Below, in pieces: positions 27,632 to 37,870 of a stretch of DNA of 64,000 bases (the first letter of the stretch is position 1; every line of letters begins with the position of its first letter). The DNA comes from Verrucomicrobiales bacterium (GTDB lineage Bacteria; Verrucomicrobiota; Verrucomicrobiia; Verrucomicrobiales; V1-33): assembly GCA_031411295.1 (NCBI GenBank), contig JANOAV010000157.1, positions 1 through 64,000 of the forward strand. Reading direction: 5' to 3'. Below the pieces are notes generated by a model. That model did not search any database and was not told the DNA's origin. It worked only from the letters and a program-made list of their open reading frames with translations. The translations under genes were made by a program, and so were the position numbers.

Positions 27632-28990
27632 ATGAATTTATCTGCCTCTTTAGTCACCGCTGCCTTCACCTTCACCATCCTCTCACTAGGCATCGCCAGT
27701 CCGTGGCCCAATTGGCGTGGACCTAACTTTAATGGCACCGCTGGGACGGACGAAAAGGGGTTGTCCACGAATTTTTCCCCCACGGAAGGTGTCGCTTGGG
27801 CGGCAGAGCTTCCCGGTTCTGCCGCTTCCACTCCCATCATTTGGGGCGACTCGGTCTTCATTTCGGTAGCGGTGGAATCGGAGCAGAAACTTTACGCCAT
27901 GTGCCTGGAGCGCAAGACTGGCAGCGTGCGGTGGAAGTATGCGGTGGGCGAAGGATTTAGAGTCGATGATAAAAGCAATCTCGCGAACCCCTCTCCTGTC
28001 ACCGATGGTAAACTAGCCATTTTCTTTTACGGCACCGGGGACGTCGCGGCGTATGACTTCTCTGGCAAGGAAGTCTGGAAGAAGAACTTGATGAAAGAAC
28101 ACGGCCGCTTCGCCATTCAATGGACTTACGCCAGCAGTCCCACGTTAGTGGATAACCGACTTATCTTCCAAGTCCTGCAACGCAACGAAGCTTTCGTCTT
28201 CGCAAAAACGCAGAAGGGTGAGCCCGACGGCAAAAACGAGAGCTACCTGCTGGCGCTCGATCCCGCCACTGGCAAGCAACTGTGGAAGTCGATTCGCCCC
28301 AGCGAGGCGGTCATGGAATCCCTCGAAGCCTTCAGCACGGCTATCCCCCATGAGCATAATGGCCAGAAGCAATTACTCATCATGGGGGGAGACTGCCTTA
28401 CCGGGTGTGATCCTGCCAACGGCAATGAACTCTGGCGCTGGGGCACGTGGAACCCCAAAAAAATCGGCCATTGGCGGCAAGTCGTGAGCCCGGTGGCCGC
28501 AGAAGGAATCGTGCTTGCCTGCGCCCCCAAACGCGAACCCATCTATGCCATAAAACTCGGCGCGAGCGGCAATCAGGGAGCAGAAGCGATCGCCTGGCAA
28601 TCAGGTGACGAGGAGCGCAAGGAGGTTAGTTCCGATGTCTCCACCCCTGCCTACTACCAAGGCCGATTCTACATCGTCAACAGCGACAGGCAGAGTGTCT
28701 CCTGCGTGGAACCGAAAACCGGCAAAGTCTTCTGGGACCAACGCCTTGATGGCCAAGCGGTGCGGCTCCAGAAGTTCGAAAGCTCCCCCACCATTGCCGA
28801 TGGCAAGCTATACATCATGGACCATCGGGGCACCGTCGTGGTCTTGCAGACTGGGGACGAGTTCAAGCAACTCGCAGTAAACCCCATGGGTGCAGACAAT
28901 CAACAGAACATCCGCAGCACGGTGGCCATTTCCGACGGGCAACTCTTCATCCGCACCAACAGCACTCTGTTTTGTGTAGGCAAAAAGTAG
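27632..28990 (+). CDS. PQQ-binding-like beta-propeller repeat protein (PVC-expanded family)
   Basis: Signal peptide, WPNWRGP, STPIIWGD, SPVTDG, repeated LD..TG..LW blades. Confidence 0.9.
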   Translation: MNLSASLVTAAFTFTILSLGIASPWPNWRGPNFNGTAGTDEKGLSTNFSPTEGVAWAAELPGSAASTPIIWGDSVFISVAVESEQKLYAMCLERKTGSVRWKYAVGEGFRVDDKSNLANPSPVTDGKLAIFFYGTGDVAAYDFSGKEVWKKNLMKEHGRFAIQWTYASSPTLVDNRLIFQVLQRNEAFVFAKTQKGEPDGKNESYLLALDPATGKQLWKSIRPSEAVMESLEAFSTAIPHEHNGQKQLLIMGGDCLTGCDPANGNELWRWGTWNPKKIGHWRQVVSPVAAEGIVLACAPKREPIYAIKLGASGNQGAEAIAWQSGDEERKEVSSDVSTPAYYQGRFYIVNSDRQSVSCVEPKTGKVFWDQRLDGQAVRLQKFESSPTIADGKLYIMDHRGTVVVLQTGDEFKQLAVNPMGADNQQNIRSTVAISDGQLFIRTNSTLFCVGKK

Positions 28991-28999
28991 CTCGCCAGC

Positions 29000-31204
29000 T
29001 TAGTTTCCCTTGAGCAGGCGATTCCGTTGCTCCTCGTTGAGCGGGGACCGTAACAAGGCTTGCTTGGCGGCTGCGGGATCACTTTTCAACCAAGTGGTTA
29101 GCACGGTGGTAGCCAGGGACACCCGGGTGTTTTCTTTGCCAGAGGCCAAGGCCCAAGCGAACGCGCTCTCCGGGTCACTCCCTTTAATGTTACTGATCAA
29201 CGATTGCACTGCGCTGTCCTTCGCCTCCCCCACTGGGAGTTGCTTGATCCACGCACTCGCTTCCACTGGGTCTTCCTGCGTCCATTGACTGGCTATGTTT
29301 TTAATGGCCGATTTCTGCATTTTCTCGTCTGCTAACTGGGCGATCCATCCGGTGGCCAGACTTGGATCCTGCCGATAAAGATTACTGGCCAGACTTGAAG
29401 CCGCATTGCTGGCGGTATTTAGGTCCTCCTCCTGACCACTGGACAGCAGGGTGTTGAAGAGCTTGGTCGCAGCTACGGGATCGTCCTGCGCCTTCTGTGA
29501 AATAACATTTTGCAACGCTTGGCTACGCTCATTGCCACTGGCGGTCTGGGCCCAAGTCCACACGGCATCGGGATCCTGATTCGCCCAAGTGCCGAGAACC
29601 CCTGACAACGCGTTGACCCGGGTATCACCTGCAGGCAGCGCTTGGGCGAGTTTCATGGCCTGTGCTACATCCTGTCGCGCCAGGCTGCTCAAATAATTTG
29701 GCAGAGCTTTGTTTTGCGTGTCCACGGGCAAGCTTTGGAGGATTTGGTAAGCCTTGGCGGGATCTGTTTCCGTTAAGTTGCCGATGAGGCTGGACCAGTG
29801 TTGATCACTTTTCGGGCCGGGGAAGGTTTGTAGGGTTTTGATGGCCAGGTCGGGATCCTGACTGGACAAATAGTGCATGAGGGAGGTTTGGCTCAAAACG
29901 CGGTCCTGCTCGCTTGCCGGCAGATAGGCCAGTGCCTGCAGACAGCCTGCGGCATCGCTGTAGCCGTGGTTATTGATATAGGAGGTAACGAGCGCCTTGC
30001 GCTCCGTTGGAGCGGTAAATTGCGCAAACAATTGCTGCGTGGCCGCCGGATCCGTAAAGTCCAAGGCCGATCCCAAATTTTGGAGGGCCTGTTTGCGTTC
30101 CTTGGGACTGGTCAGCCCAGCGGCGTAAGCCAGCGCAGCCTGTGGGTCATTGCGCGCCCAATTGGAAATCACATTGCTGAGCATGCTGCCATCGCGATCC
30201 TTGGTTCCCACTTGTCCCAGCAGGGACAGCGCTTTGAGGGGATCAGATCCCGCAAGAGTAGCGAGGATGTTCGCCTGCGCACTGCGGGCGGGATCGTTCG
30301 GGGGCAAGGTTTGCAGATAGGACCAAGCCGCGTCGGGATCAGTCTGCCCCCAACTGGAAAGCACGGTGGCCAAAGCGGCCTTGCGCTGCACCGGGGAGGT
30401 GAGAGCACTGGCAGCGGCCGCTGCTCCCACGGGATCCTCGCTCGCCAACTGCTGGTATAAATATTGGCTCGCATTGGCGCGCAATTGCCCGTTGGGCAGG
30501 GCGGCCACGGCTTGTTGCGCTGCGAGCGGATCTTTCAGCGCCCACTGGCCATAGATATAGCCAGCGCTATATTCGTATTGTGAATTCTGCATTCCCTTCA
30601 TCAAGGCCAGCGCCTGCTCGGGATCCTTCTTGGCCATGGCATTCGCGATGGCGGCCCGGGCACTCTTCCTTGTTTTGAGATCCGGCAGTGAATCCGCCAG
30701 TGCCAGCGCGGCTGCAGCATTCTCTGTCCCCATGCCCGCAAAGACACCTGCAATGGTATTACGGCCCGGCACCATCGGCAGCGTTTGCGCCCAAGCCAGT
30801 GCCGCCGCCGCATCGGATTTCGCCCAATACTTGGCTAAACTGTAGCAGAGTCCATGGGCTTCGGATTTGATTTTTGGCATCCTGCTGATTTCCGCAGCCA
30901 AAGCTGTCAGACGCTGCGGACTGGCATTTCCCAAAGCGTTGCGCAGAAAATAAGATGAGTCTTCGTAGTCGTGTAAACCCTTCAACTGCTGGAGCAGTTC
31001 CTCCACCGTTCCACCTGTCATCACGCGCTCCTGTTGGCTTCCACCTGTCAGGTTGTCAGAGGCGCTGGAGCCGGCGGGGAAAGCGTTGATAACGGTTGAC
31101 CCTGGTCCTGCTTTGGTAGCCGGAGCCAACCCGACGGTCCGCTGCACCACCATGCCAAGTCCAAAGGCTAACAAAACAGGAATCGCGTAGCGAAGATAAT
31201 TCAT
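29000..31204 (-). CDS. Membrane-anchored alpha-helical repeat protein (W...DP.AA..W repeats)
   Basis: N-terminal hydrophobic anchor; many WA..DP.AA..(W/Y) repeats. Start at 31204 supported by the promoter position. Confidence 0.8.
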   Translation of the reverse strand: MNYLRYAIPVLLAFGLGMVVQRTVGLAPATKAGPGSTVINAFPAGSSASDNLTGGSQQERVMTGGTVEELLQQLKGLHDYEDSSYFLRNALGNASPQRLTALAAEISRMPKIKSEAHGLCYSLAKYWAKSDAAAALAWAQTLPMVPGRNTIAGVFAGMGTENAAAALALADSLPDLKTRKSARAAIANAMAKKDPEQALALMKGMQNSQYEYSAGYIYGQWALKDPLAAQQAVAALPNGQLRANASQYLYQQLASEDPVGAAAAASALTSPVQRKAALATVLSSWGQTDPDAAWSYLQTLPPNDPARSAQANILATLAGSDPLKALSLLGQVGTKDRDGSMLSNVISNWARNDPQAALAYAAGLTSPKERKQALQNLGSALDFTDPAATQQLFAQFTAPTERKALVTSYINNHGYSDAAGCLQALAYLPASEQDRVLSQTSLMHYLSSQDPDLAIKTLQTFPGPKSDQHWSSLIGNLTETDPAKAYQILQSLPVDTQNKALPNYLSSLARQDVAQAMKLAQALPAGDTRVNALSGVLGTWANQDPDAVWTWAQTASGNERSQALQNVISQKAQDDPVAATKLFNTLLSSGQEEDLNTASNAASSLASNLYRQDPSLATGWIAQLADEKMQKSAIKNIASQWTQEDPVEASAWIKQLPVGEAKDSAVQSLISNIKGSDPESAFAWALASGKENTRVSLATTVLTTWLKSDPAAAKQALLRSPLNEEQRNRLLKGN

Positions 31205-31213
31205 AAGGTCCTG

Positions 31214-31242
31214 ATTATCTCTGGTGCCAACCTTTGTGTCAA
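31214..31242 (-). promoter_or_regulatory. Near-consensus sigma70 promoter
   Basis: Minus strand reads TTGACA-N17-GATAAT, 9 nt before ATG 31204. Confidence 0.7.
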
Positions 31243-31298
31243 GCCTCACACTGCCTTGGCGTTAGAGCGAAGCGCTCCCTTCCGCCGCAGGTTTGGAG

Positions 31299-34200
31299 CT
31301 ACGGTAGCACGATCTGCGCGCGCCAGAAGCGACGGGATTCGTTGCGGGGGAGATTGACCGTGGTGGTGGTTCCGGTGGCGGTGATGGGGGCGCTCCAGTT
31401 GCTCCAAGTGGCCAGATCCGTGGTGCTTTGGAGTTGATAGGAATGCGTGGGTTCAGTGCTGAAATTTACCTGACTGGTGCCGGACCCAACATCCGTCACG
31501 GCCAGGATATCGGGCGGCAGGGCGTTGCGTTTGCCGGGGGTGTTGACGGAGTTGACGATGTCGGTTCCGCTATCCGGATACCGACTCTGGGATTGACTGG
31601 CCGTTTGAGGACCGAAGCTAACCAAATCCACCTGGGTGCCATCCGGGGTGTAGAGTCCGATCATTTCACCGCCGCTGCTGAGTTTGAAATTGGTGTGCAG
31701 CCCTGCTTGCAGGGTATCATTGTCGGCCCAGATCAGCAGGTAGCCGCCGGCAGGAATGATGGTGTTGGCGGGAATGGTAAACTGCGTCTTCAGCAAGTCA
31801 CTATCCGTCAGGAAAAATCCACTGAGATTGATGGCGGTGGCACCGTAGTTGTGCAGCTCAAACCAGTCATCGAATTTCCCATCCGCCGGATCTGCGATGC
31901 CGCTGGAGATGGTGTTGTCGGCCATCCACTCGTTGATTCGCACGGCGGGCACTGGGGGCGGACCGGTTACCGTAATATTGACCGTGAAACTTCCGACCAC
32001 GCTGCCATTCAAGCTCAGGCCTTGCACGGTGAGATTGTTCGTGGCGGCATACAACGTCAATGGGAGGCTCCAACCGGTCTCGCTGGTCCACGTCGGCGTG
32101 TAAGTTACGCCATTGATGAGAAACGTTTTCACCCCCGGTGGGGCATTGCCTGTGAGGGTGATCAGACCATCCGCATCAGTTAGAGTATTACTCCCGCTGA
32201 GCGTAAATACTGTGCTGCCATAGGTCGCATTCAACTGACTTAGAATATAGGTTCGTCTGGCATCGACGTATGTTTTGACCGTGCTCACTTGGGCTGCATT
32301 CGAGGTGATCCCGTTAGCGGCCAGACCTGCCACCATGGCGTCAATCCGCGGGTTCACATTGGTGCCTAGCATGGGGCCATCCACGGCTTCACGGAAGGCA
32401 CACCAGTAGGCGCGACGGAATTTCGGGTTGTTGCGGAATTTATCCGCCAGCACATCCTGGGTGTCAGTGAATAAACTAAAGGTCGCCACTTCGCCCACCA
32501 AACCAAAACTGAAATCGATATCCCAGCAAGTCATGGCCCAAGGACCGCGAGTTGGCTTGTAGAGATACATGTTCTTCCCATAGCGCCAACCCCAGGTGTC
32601 CCAGTTGCCAGCAATCCGCTGCACCGCCATGGCGCGAGCCCAGGAGTCCTGATCTACCAAGGGATCCACCGCCGCGAGATACGCCGCATCGGTGCCGGCA
32701 GTGCCGGTATTGTGCGCATCAATCAGCGTCTGGAAATCCGCCCAATCGTTGGCGGAACCTTCCACGGAGCGGGCGGACCATTGATAGCGATAGGAGGCAG
32801 TTTTATGCGCCCCGCCCGTGGTGGTGCGTTTCGTTAACATGGCGCGCACATCGGTCTGGAACGTGGCGCCATCATCCGCATACTCGATCCAGTCCTGCGC
32901 CTTGTGCAAATGACCATCATTGTCGCTCGGCCAATATTCGCTGATCCAGGCACCGCCGGGTTGCTGGGTGTCTTCAAAGACCGTTTGCCGCTGCGTTCCA
33001 TTCACGAAGACCCGGCAGAAGCGACGGTGGATGCTGGGCAATCCAAGCTTCCGGGCCGTCCACCACGCCACTTGTTCGCGAATAAATGAAGTATCATCGC
33101 CAAACGTGCCCGGGCCGGAAAGGATAAAATCGGTCTCGCCCAGAAAGCGATCATCGCCTGGCACGTTGCAGTCGTAATCACAGTTATTGCCCGTCGGACC
33201 GTTGAATCCTCCTGTATGAAATGGACTGCCGCTGTATTGCGCGGAAGCGTTATAGACGATCCGGGAATTACCGTAAACAAAGGTGGCATCCAGCGGAGTG
33301 TTACTATTCCTGCCGCGCGTGCTCCAAGTGTTGCGCGTGGCTTCGGTGATCCAGATACGGTAAATCCCCATGTTTCCAGTCGGGGTGGGCTCGCCCCAGC
33401 GAATCAAACATTCCCGGGTGGGGGTATCAGTGGGAAACTGCGCGCTGGCGGAGAGGGAATCGTAAGCCGTGATCGAATACGCGACCAGCGTCCCTGCGGC
33501 CTGAGCTGGTATTTCCGCGCTGTAAAGGCCAGCGCCACGATTCGTCATGATGATGGAAGTGATGCTGTTGGCCGGATCTAGCCGATACCGCAGAACCGCC
33601 AAGGTCACTCCATCTGGATCATCCAATCTGGCATAAACGCTAACCGACTCACCCACTTGGGGCAAGGCGGGCCGATGCGTCACCTGGCTGATGCTAGGTC
33701 CGGCATTGGGCACCTGAGTGGAATTAGCGGTTCCCGGGGTCCCCGGATGCACGGTGCTGGATAGAATATTCCCCGTGGCTTCGAGCACGCCTCCATTCAA
33801 GCGCAGCAGAATTTCCGCGTGCCCACGCAACCACTTCACTTTGGCGCGAATGGTGCCCGTGCTGTTCGCGGCAGGCGTGACGTTTAACGGCACGGTGAGC
33901 CGATTGCCCGCCAAGTCTCCGCGTCCGGCGGCCCGCAGATGCAGGGAACTCGTGCCGCTGAATCCACCAGTTTCAATGCTGCTGGCATCGTGCGTGCCTT
34001 GCAGCAACCAGTTGCTAGTGCCGCTTTCGAAACCGCCATTGGTGATCACATTACTGCCTCCGGAGGGAATGAACTCCACATCGTCCAATAAACATTCACC
34101 TGCACCTAATAACATCACATGCAGTCGATTCAGGGCAGCCCCTGAACCATTGTCCAAGACTCCGGTGGCCTCCACGCTGACCCAACCACTCTCGCCAGTT

Positions 34201-37200
34201 TCATCGCTGTCCGCCCAGTTAGCGGCCAACCGTCCGTCACTGCGCAAGTCCTTGCGCTCCAGACTGGAACCACCACCATCACTCCATGTCCCCCAGCGGC
34301 CGCGGGTGCCGTAGGTGACTTCATCCACCGTCGGGTAGATGGCAGCTGCTAGCACACCGTCCACTATCGTTTCCGGCTGCTCCAATCGCAACCGCTCCCC
34401 CACCCCCTGATTCAGCGTGCCCGTGAAGGCCGTGACCGCCAGCTTCCCGCCCGTCGGCACCATCGTAGCCGCTGGGAAATCATAACTTACCCCACCGCGC
34501 AAACGCCATCCCGTCAGGTCCAAATTGCCCCCAGACAGGTTGGTGATTTCGACAAACGGTAACTGCACGCTACCGACCGGAGGATGATAGAAAATTTCTG
34601 AGATCACGGCCGACTTGGTTGCTGGAACGCTGTTCGGTTGCCCCATCGTTGCGCTCGCCAGCGTGGCTAGCATGGCCCCACCATCGGGAGATCTACCCGT
34701 AGTGAGACCTGCCCTTTGTGCGGTAAATTTCAACGCCTCCAAGACCCGACCTGGTAGTCCCCCGACATTCGGAGCGCGCAGATAAACGGTGTCACCTGCG
34801 GAGTTGAGCGCAAACCCTAACGTGGATCCAGTCAAGGCCAGGAAACCTCCCGCAGGCAACAAGGAGGCCGTTGGGAAGAAATATTTGGCAACGTCCCGAT
34901 CATCGCTCAGGGAACAATCCGAGAGATCCACCGCACTGCTACTGTAGTTGTATAGCTCCACGAAATCGCCTGCCGCATTGGCTGTGGCCTGCACTTCATT
35001 GATCACCACCGTGCGGTAGGGATCCGCTGTGACTGGCTCCGTCGCGCCCGGTGAACCATCCAGTTGGTAACTTTGGTCCCAAGCCCGGGGATCGTTCATG
35101 CCGTAACTGGGCCGGGCCAGCACCAGCGAGTGCCCGGTGCCATCCGGAGCCACTGGCCATGGAGGACTGGTGTCATACTCCACTTCGAAGACCACACCAT
35201 CGGAGTAATCCCGCAACCGAACCACACCACCACTATTGTTGAGCGAACCCGTCCACGGCCCCAGCACCCCAACAATGCCGTAAACACTACTAACATCCGC
35301 AGGCACCGCCGCCACCACCAGATAACCGCCTGCCGCAATCGTCGTCCCCGCAGGGAAACTGTAATTCACTTCACCCGTGATCCGGCAGCCTGACAAATCT
35401 TCCGCCCACGCTTGCGAGTTGTAAATCTCAATGAACTCCAAGTTCTTCAAGTCCACACGATCCCGCGGATGATAATGGATTTCCGAGAAAACATACGGCC
35501 CGCGTCGCGTGGCCGGACCGGCTGGTTCCGCGTTAGGACGGATTAACTCGATGGGTGCAGGCACAGGCGGAGGAGCCGAAACAAATCCTGTATTGGCAGT
35601 GATCAGATTATTCCCCACCAAATCACGAACGTTAGTGGCTGTGACCGTATAACTCTGCCCCGGCGTGAGTCCGGAAACGGTCAGTGTCACCAAACCAGCG
35701 ATGGGCCCGGCGGTCGCGCCCACCACCGTGCCTCCGCCCGTGAGCGTAAAGGCCGCGTTCGCCAAATCCACTGCTTCATTGAAGGAAAGTATGATTTGGG
35801 AAGACTGCGGGGAGGTGGCGCTGAGCAGTTGCGGAGGATTGACATCATTGACCGTTAGCGTGGCTGTGTTGGTCAGGGTGCCCCCATAAGGATTGTAAAT
35901 CACGCAGCGAAACTGCGCACTGTTATCAGCCAGGGTAGCCGGATTCAGCGTGTAACTCGCGGCGGTGGCACCAGCGATATCCACCCCATTGCGCTGCCAG
36001 CGATAAACGGCACCAGTGACATTACTCAGGGTGGCAGTGAAAGTTGCGCTGCTTCCTTCATTCACATTTTGGCTGGCAGGCTGGCCCGTGACCACCGGAG
36101 CGCTGCCAGCGGTTGCCGTGAGCCAGGCATTGTAATGCGCGGTCACTGCGGTGGCAGGCAAGGGGTCGGCGTAGAGCGCTACTTCATCAATGTTTCCTGG
36201 AAACGATTCCTGTGAACTGGGCCCCGCCGAACCGATTTCGGCATTTACCGAGAGCGCTGAACCCAGTGGCTGCGTGATATTTCCCAGGCTGGTTCCGTTA
36301 TGATAGAGCGTGACCTGACCATTGTTGATTACGAAGACCAGATGCATCAATCGCCCGATACTGTTCGTGGGCAACGTCCATGTTGGCGCGCCAGTTCCAT
36401 TGTAGAACCAGATTTTCGTGCCCGCGCTGTCCGCGTGAATACTGTAGCGCGTGCCACCGCCACCATCATTCCGCACCCCGATCATACTGGGATTGTAGCC
36501 GGCGGTGGCGGTGTGAAAGACGAACATTTCAATCGTGCCATTGCCGTCCACAAAGTTCCATTCCGGATCTTTCGTCACACTCACCCAGCCACCGCCATCG
36601 GAATTAATACTCCGACTCCCGATCGTCCGTGCCGCCGTGCTGTCGTGTGCCGCCGTGCCGCCCAGCGTGCCGCTAAAGGCTGGTTTCTTGACGTTCGTGA
36701 CCGCTGGTGACGAACTGCCGTCCACGGGAAAATAAGCAAAGAGCGAGGGCTCCGCCTGCACTGCGCTACTAAAGTAGCCGCTGCCGACCGCTGGATTCGT
36801 GACCGTTAACATAGCTGAATTACTCGTGACCGTGCCATTGGCGTTGGTTACCAAACAATCAAATGTGATGCCACTGTCGCCCGCCGTGATCGGGTCCAAG
36901 CGATAGACCGCCGCGTTTCCGCCAGTCGGAACATTGCTTCCCGCCCGCCGCCATTGATAACTAGTGGCTCCGGTGGCGGCAATCGTGAATCGCCCCACGC
37001 CACCTTGCAGAGCCGTCAGATTGGCTGGCTGCAAGGTAATCGTGGGCGGCAGCGCGGAGTTATCCTGCACATTGAAATAGGTAAACGATGCCCCCGCCTT
37101 GGCCGCGGCCGTTTTATAAACCATGCCCACGCGGGAGTTCGCGAAGTTCGTAGTATAATTCAGAGCCGCCCCGGTCAGTTGGGTCCAGGCATCGGCGGCA

Positions 37201-37736
37201 TTGAACTTGAAAAAGAAATTATAGGTATCCGTGGCCCCTGCTTCCTGAATCACCACGCGCAGAAAAACCGAACCCGCAGACGTCACCACGCCCACATTGG
37301 GAATGTTATCCCCCAGCCCCTGCAGCCGCACCGCACGGCCCGCCGGATCCCAGTTATCCAACCCGAATGAGATATCCGGCTTGGCGCCATCCGGACCACC
37401 ATAGAACGTCAGTCCGGCCACCTGATTATTCTGGGTGACATTATTAATGCGCACCTCCGTTTCGACCGACCACGTGCTGCCGTTGACCAAGCCCGTTGGA
37501 ATGGCCGTCCAAGCAATGGGCGCGTTATTACGCGCGCCCCACATGTCTGTGTTCCCGCCCGCATTGAAATCCAGCTCATCATTTACCGCATCGAAGGTAA
37601 CGCTCCCCAACGTGGCGTTCGGCACATCGAGCGCAATGGCCGCCGGCAGTGTGGCTTCTTCAAAACTCGTGACAACAGCCGCACGGGCCATGGAGTAAAC
37701 CAAGCAGAGCAGAAGGCAGGGGAGGAGATGTTTCAT
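31299..37736 (-). CDS. Secreted lamin-tail-domain / CotH kinase protein with LamG and Ig domains
   Basis: Signal peptide; Ig PA.YQW.R motifs; LamG F.GNIDEVALY; several (F/I)(S/N)E..Y/M...(E/D)(F/W).E(L/I).N LTD repeats; CotH NWD...KNMYLY...WDID; terminal STTDL..W...RFWR domain. Confidence 0.88.
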   Translation of the reverse strand: MKHLLPCLLLCLVYSMARAAVVTSFEEATLPAAIALDVPNATLGSVTFDAVNDELDFNAGGNTDMWGARNNAPIAWTAIPTGLVNGSTWSVETEVRINNVTQNNQVAGLTFYGGPDGAKPDISFGLDNWDPAGRAVRLQGLGDNIPNVGVVTSAGSVFLRVVIQEAGATDTYNFFFKFNAADAWTQLTGAALNYTTNFANSRVGMVYKTAAAKAGASFTYFNVQDNSALPPTITLQPANLTALQGGVGRFTIAATGATSYQWRRAGSNVPTGGNAAVYRLDPITAGDSGITFDCLVTNANGTVTSNSAMLTVTNPAVGSGYFSSAVQAEPSLFAYFPVDGSSSPAVTNVKKPAFSGTLGGTAAHDSTAARTIGSRSINSDGGGWVSVTKDPEWNFVDGNGTIEMFVFHTATAGYNPSMIGVRNDGGGGTRYSIHADSAGTKIWFYNGTGAPTWTLPTNSIGRLMHLVFVINNGQVTLYHNGTSLGNITQPLGSALSVNAEIGSAGPSSQESFPGNIDEVALYADPLPATAVTAHYNAWLTATAGSAPVVTGQPASQNVNEGSSATFTATLSNVTGAVYRWQRNGVDIAGATAASYTLNPATLADNSAQFRCVIYNPYGGTLTNTATLTVNDVNPPQLLSATSPQSSQIILSFNEAVDLANAAFTLTGGGTVVGATAGPIAGLVTLTVSGLTPGQSYTVTATNVRDLVGNNLITANTGFVSAPPPVPAPIELIRPNAEPAGPATRRGPYVFSEIHYHPRDRVDLKNLEFIEIYNSQAWAEDLSGCRITGEVNYSFPAGTTIAAGGYLVVAAVPADVSSVYGIVGVLGPWTGSLNNSGGVVRLRDYSDGVVFEVEYDTSPPWPVAPDGTGHSLVLARPSYGMNDPRAWDQSYQLDGSPGATEPVTADPYRTVVINEVQATANAAGDFVELYNYSSSAVDLSDCSLSDDRDVAKYFFPTASLLPAGGFLALTGSTLGFALNSAGDTVYLRAPNVGGLPGRVLEALKFTAQRAGLTTGRSPDGGAMLATLASATMGQPNSVPATKSAVISEIFYHPPVGSVQLPFVEITNLSGGNLDLTGWRLRGGVSYDFPAATMVPTGGKLAVTAFTGTLNQGVGERLRLEQPETIVDGVLAAAIYPTVDEVTYGTRGRWGTWSDGGGSSLERKDLRSDGRLAANWADSDETGESGWVSVEATGVLDNGSGAALNRLHVMLLGAGECLLDDVEFIPSGGSNVITNGGFESGTSNWLLQGTHDASSIETGGFSGTSSLHLRAAGRGDLAGNRLTVPLNVTPAANSTGTIRAKVKWLRGHAEILLRLNGGVLEATGNILSSTVHPGTPGTANSTQVPNAGPSISQVTHRPALPQVGESVSVYARLDDPDGVTLAVLRYRLDPANSITSIIMTNRGAGLYSAEIPAQAAGTLVAYSITAYDSLSASAQFPTDTPTRECLIRWGEPTPTGNMGIYRIWITEATRNTWSTRGRNSNTPLDATFVYGNSRIVYNASAQYSGSPFHTGGFNGPTGNNCDYDCNVPGDDRFLGETDFILSGPGTFGDDTSFIREQVAWWTARKLGLPSIHRRFCRVFVNGTQRQTVFEDTQQPGGAWISEYWPSDNDGHLHKAQDWIEYADDGATFQTDVRAMLTKRTTTGGAHKTASYRYQWSARSVEGSANDWADFQTLIDAHNTGTAGTDAAYLAAVDPLVDQDSWARAMAVQRIAGNWDTWGWRYGKNMYLYKPTRGPWAMTCWDIDFSFGLVGEVATFSLFTDTQDVLADKFRNNPKFRRAYWCAFREAVDGPMLGTNVNPRIDAMVAGLAANGITSNAAQVSTVKTYVDARRTYILSQLNATYGSTVFTLSGSNTLTDADGLITLTGNAPPGVKTFLINGVTYTPTWTSETGWSLPLTLYAATNNLTVQGLSLNGSVVGSFTVNITVTGPPPVPAVRINEWMADNTISSGIADPADGKFDDWFELHNYGATAINLSGFFLTDSDLLKTQFTIPANTIIPAGGYLLIWADNDTLQAGLHTNFKLSSGGEMIGLYTPDGTQVDLVSFGPQTASQSQSRYPDSGTDIVNSVNTPGKRNALPPDILAVTDVGSGTSQVNFSTEPTHSYQLQSTTDLATWSNWSAPITATGTTTTVNLPRNESRRFWRAQIVLP

Positions 37737-37870
37737 GAGGAATTTGGGACCGAGTTCCTTCTATATCAGAACCCACCTTGCACGCCAAGTGCACAAATAC
37801 ACAGAAACCAGATGAAAATCCACCAACGAGGGGGTTGCATCGAGAACGTTAGACTGTATTTGAGGGATCG

